A DNA stretch of 64,000 bases, taken from the NCBI GenBank assembly GCA_964016885.1, contig OZ024751.1, positions 33,480,001-33,544,000 of the forward strand, in the 5' to 3' direction. This DNA comes from Eledone cirrhosa. Taxonomy: Eukaryota. This document shows, piece by piece, positions 59,749 through 64,000 of this stretch. The position numbers were made by a program, and so were the translations under genes. A model generated the notes under the pieces. The model saw nothing but the letters and a program-made list of their open reading frames with translations, made no database searches and was not told the origin of the DNA. How positions within the stretch are numbered: position 1 is the first letter of the stretch; each line of letters begins with the position of its first letter.

Positions 59749-61566
59749 GTTTTCCATAGCTTCTCCAATTAAGTGTTGTCTTTTGTGTTTAGTTTCAACA
59801 TTTCCCTGTAATATAAATGGTTTATATTTCTTTATATATTTTAAGCATTTTTAAGAATTCATTGAGCAAAATTCTTAATGGAGCTGAAACTAAACAAAAG
59901 AGTTGCAAGGATAAGGAGTTTCCATGAAGAATGTATTTTCCTGCAAGAATAAGGCTGAGGTTTTTTTGTTATCATTTTCTTTCTATTGGTTGATTGTTAC
60001 TGAGGTATTCATTTTGACATGGCATGATTGATATAGTGCTTGGCTATTTCGTTTATAGCTTCAATATCGAATACTATGGAACTCTGTCAAATTTTTACAC
60101 TAATCAGTTCATGCCATGTTTTGTTATGTTTTGTTTTGTGCTGTTTTGTATTGTATTGTGTTGTTTTGTCTGTTTGTTGTTGTCTTTAATAACTGTTCTG
60201 TTTAACAGTAATTCTTCATTACATCCACACAAAACCTTTCCTACACCATTTTTATTCCTTTGGAATAGAAAGACATTGCTATCTTTCATATAAACGGCAA
60301 GTATAGATTGGTTTAAACATGTTATTGTTATGTGATTTGGAGAGGGGTCCCTAGCGTTTTTATTTTGAAGAATTCATATCCCATTCTTTGTCAAGTGGCG
60401 TCTAGGGAATTGGACGAGTTGTTAGAATGTAGGACTAAATATTGGTTAGTGTTGGTTTTAATTCCTTGCATTCTCAGTTTAAATCTCTCTGAGGTCACCC
60501 GGTTTAATATTACTACCTGGGTGTTGGGGGTCTCTGGCAGGATTATTGATCAGGTCTGCTCCCTTCTCACTAGTCTCTAGTAAATCATTACTGGTACCTG
60601 ATGGTATTAACCGAATGACGGACTCAATCTACCACCTAATCAGTCGTGATGTCTTCAGGTTGGGAGTTGTTAATGCCTCGACCAGAATAACCAGGTCTCC
60701 TCATGTGACTGGTTAGCTTTCTCGGTACATCTCACTCATTAGTGGGTAACTAGGAAGTTTGATTAGACGTATGCCAGGATCGAATCTTATTTGTGCTTAG
60801 AATGGAGGAGTGAGACACCATATTTATGTGTTCATTCTTTTCAAAATTGACTGACAAATACCAACTATATTATCAGAAAGAAGCAGCATAGATTTGAGCG
60901 AGGAGCAGCAAGTTGTCAGTATTTTAGCTAGGACAGTTTACGGTCATAACGTAAGTTACCCATATTTCTAGGTGTTTCGTTATACAGTTTGTGAATGTGC
61001 GGTCAACTTACAGAGGAACCATAATAAGGACCCAGTTATCAGTCACTGAATTCTTCATTTACGTCTGAAAACCCAATAAATACCAGATGAGAGAGTATCT
61101 AAGCGGAAATTGACGGAGTGTAATTATAAATAACACATGATTGACGAACCTTAAGACAGAATTCAATCAAAGTCAGTCATTTATATCAAGTTGGTGTAAG
61201 GAGCTAGAAGTAGAAAGCATTAAACATGGGGGGGGGGGGGGAATTAATAACTTATTTAGAAGAAATCTTGATCTAAAACAGAGGCACTAAAGGTGTTTGG
61301 TGGCCCAACGTGGAAGAAGTTGCATTGTGGAAACCGAACCAAAATACAATCAGCCAATACTTGAGTTTATCAACTGATCTGATTCAATTCTCCTTGGTTT
61401 CACTGAAAAGATATGACAAAGACTTGATAAATAAACTGAGTAAGGCTTCAGAAGAAAATGCGTCAAAACTTTATCGCAAATTAGAAAATTCCGTTGGTGC
61501 AAAACATATGGTGAGAAAATAGAGGTTGGGAATTTAGGTGAAGAAATATAGCTAGTGATAATAATA

Positions 61567-62503
61567 TGTGTGTAGCTGGTGTGTGTAGCTGGTGTGTAGT
61601 TGGTGTGTAGCTGGTGTGTGTAGCTGATGTGTGTAGCTGATGTAGCTGGTGTGTAGCTGGTGTGTAGCTGGTGTGTGTAGCTGATGTAGCTGGTGTGTAG
61701 ATGGTGTGTAGCTGATGTAGCTGGTGTGTAGCTGGTGTGTGTAGCTGGTGTGTAGTTGGTGTGTAGCTGGTGTTTGTAGCTGGTGTGTGTAGCTATGTGT
61801 AGCTGGTGTGTAGCTGGTGTGTAGCTGGTGTGTGTAGCTGGTGTGTAGCTGGTGTGTGTAGCTGGTGTGTAGTTGGTGTGTAGCTGGTGTGTGTAGCTGG
61901 TGTGTGTAGCTATGTGTAGCTGGTGTGTAGCTGGTGTGTAGCTGGTGTGTGTAGCTGGTGTGTAGCTGGTGTGTAGCTGGTGTGTGTAGCTGGTGTGTAG
62001 TTGGTGTGTAGCTGGTGTGTGTAGCTGGTGTGTGTAGCTATGTGTAGCTGGTGTGTAGCTGGTGTGTAGCTGGTGTGTGTAGCTGGTGTGTAGCTGGTGT
62101 GTAGCTGGTGTGTGTAGCTGGTGTGTAGTTGGTGTGTAGCTGGTGTGTGTAGCTATGTGTAGCTGGTGTGTAGCTGGTGTGTAGCTGGTGTGTGTAGCTG
62201 GTGTGTAGCTGGTGTGTGTAGCTGGTGTGTAGTTGGTGTGTAGCTGGTGTGTGTAGCTGGTGTGTGTAGCTGGTGTGTAGTTGGTGTGTAGCTGGTGTGT
62301 AGCTGGTGTGTGTAGCTGGTGTGTAGCTGGTGTGTAGCTGGTGTGTGTAGCTGGTGTGTAGTTGGTGTGTGTAGCTGGTGTGTGTAGCTGGTGTGTAGCT
62401 GGTGTGTAGCTGGTGTGTGTAGCTGGTGTGTAGTTGGTGTGTAGCTGGTGTGTGTAGCTGGTGTGTGTAGCTATGTGTAGCTAGTGTGTAGCTGGTGTGT
62501 AGT
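61567..62503. repeat. 11/13-bp satellite (gtgtagctggt)n
   Basis: About 930 bp of gtgt[gt]agctggt units with periodic agttggt and agctat variants. Confidence 0.95.
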
Positions 62504-62819
62504 TGTTTAACGTCGGTTAAAATAAGGGATTGGCTGGCAGAGAAACTCTCAATGACGATGATTATGAAGGAATGGAGGTAGGACAACGTTTCTTAGGAAT
62601 GTTTGTCACGCCAGCTTCCTTGCTGATGTCGACGAAGAAGAAGAAGAAGAAGAAGAAGAAGAAGAAGAAGAAGAAGAAGAAGGAAACATATGTAGAAAAG
62701 AAGGTAAAAAGAGAGGAAGAATAATTAACGATAATGATATCATTATTACGTAACTATTCTGGAAATATTTTCAGAGATAATTTGAGTTGATTTGAGAAAA
62801 GCTGCACAATGTCAGTACT

Positions 62820-63100
62820 GGGGGAGTAGGTAGAGGTGGGGTTATAGTGGTGGTATGGGGAGTAGGTAGAGGTGAGGTTATAGTGGTGGTAGGGGGAGTA
62901 GGTAGAGGTGGGGTTATAGTGGTGGTGGTAGGGGGAGTAGGTAGAGGTGGGGTTATAGTGGTGGTGGTAGGGGGAGTAGGTAGAGGTGGGATTATAGTGG
63001 TGGTGGTAGGGGGAGTAGGTAGAGGTGGAGTTATAGTGGTGGTGGTAGGGGGAGTAGGTAGAGGTGGGGTTATAGTGGTGGTGGTAGGGGGAGTAGGTAG
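62820..63100. repeat. 36/39-bp G-rich minisatellite
   Basis: gggggagtaggtagaggtggggttatagtggtggtggta, about 7 units. Confidence 0.95.
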
Positions 63101-63169
63101 AATCAGAGAGAATGTATATCTCTCGTACAAACACAGTCATAATGTACAGATACATACACACACAGACAG

Positions 63170-63208
<39 letters not shown>

Positions 63209-63591
63209 CAAGCACGTACACACACACACGCATATACACACGTGTGTGTATATATATATATACACACATGCGCACACCAACAACATAAATACAAAATAAT
63301 GTATATACCCAACATGCTGAGGGCGAGGATGAGAGGAGGAGGAGGGGGGAGAAGAAGAAGAAGAAGAAGAAGAAGAAGAAGGAGAATTGATGGAGAAAAA
63401 GTGAAGAACTAGAAAGTGAGAAAAGCCACGAGAGAGAGGGGGGGATCGAAGAGGGAAAGGGAGAGGGAAGGGGAGGGGAGGGAGAAGGGGTGGAGGGGGT
63501 TATTAGTGTGTTGGTGAGGAAAATATAAATTGTGATAAGGTTAATAATTCTAACTAGCTCCATATCTCATACCATTGTAACTACAGGTAAA

Positions 63592-63875
63592 GGTGTCTGG
63601 TTTAGTGGTAAGACTGTTCAGTAAGGTTGTGAGTTCGATTCCCGGGCGGGGGTTTGTGTCCTTCAACAAAACATATTTTTTCACTTTGCTCCAGTTCACT
63701 GAGCTGAACAAATGTATTGTACCTGTAAATTAAATGGCGGCCAGCTACGTTACACACTGTATACAGGCTGAATCTCCCTCAGAACTACGTTTAAAATGCA
63801 GGTATCGATGGAATGCCCAGCCATTTGCAGGTTAAATTCAAATGGAACACTCATCGTCGTCAGCGACGGAGATCC
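63592..63875 (+). mobile_element. Degenerate tRNA-headed CORE-like SINE
   Basis: A box tggtttagtggtaag, B box gagttcgattcc, then tgtgtccttcaacaaaacat...ttgctccagttcact resembling a CORE domain. Confidence 0.6.
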
Positions 63876-64000
63876 TATGACAAGGTATCATTATTTTAGA
63901 ATCTCTTCTCGTCTGAGAGACTCAAGTTACTTCTGTGCATTGTTGGCTTTTCTGGCTTGAAGGAATCACTTAAAACCAAATATATGCATACATATATACA

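Overview
Non-coding, AT-rich animal DNA saturated with simple repeats. The microsatellite load and the resident SINE family point to a cephalopod, probably Octopus (inference). Nearly all ORFs in the supplied track are microsatellite or minisatellite translation artefacts. Supported content: (1) tRNA-headed SINEs carrying the Nin/Deu-type core, plus one CORE-like SINE; (2) decayed 3' ends of non-LTR retrotransposons (CRE-like, another restriction-like-endonuclease type, two RTE); (3) more than ten minisatellites, several with higher-order structure; (4) two candidate + strand exons of a large-intron gene, one encoding a signal-peptide-like start. The main finding is three families of short non-coding fold-back elements in (TA)n tracts, sharing the layout [inverted arm]-[loop]-[arm]-[single-copy tail]. 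Family B (35042-35475) carries a complete type I hammerhead ribozyme fold in each arm, one per strand. Family A (8 copies or fragments, about 190 bp) carries only the 3' half of a hammerhead on both strands, without CUGANGA. These resemble non-autonomous Penelope-like/retrozyme elements. All folds were paired by eye and none has been computed or assayed.
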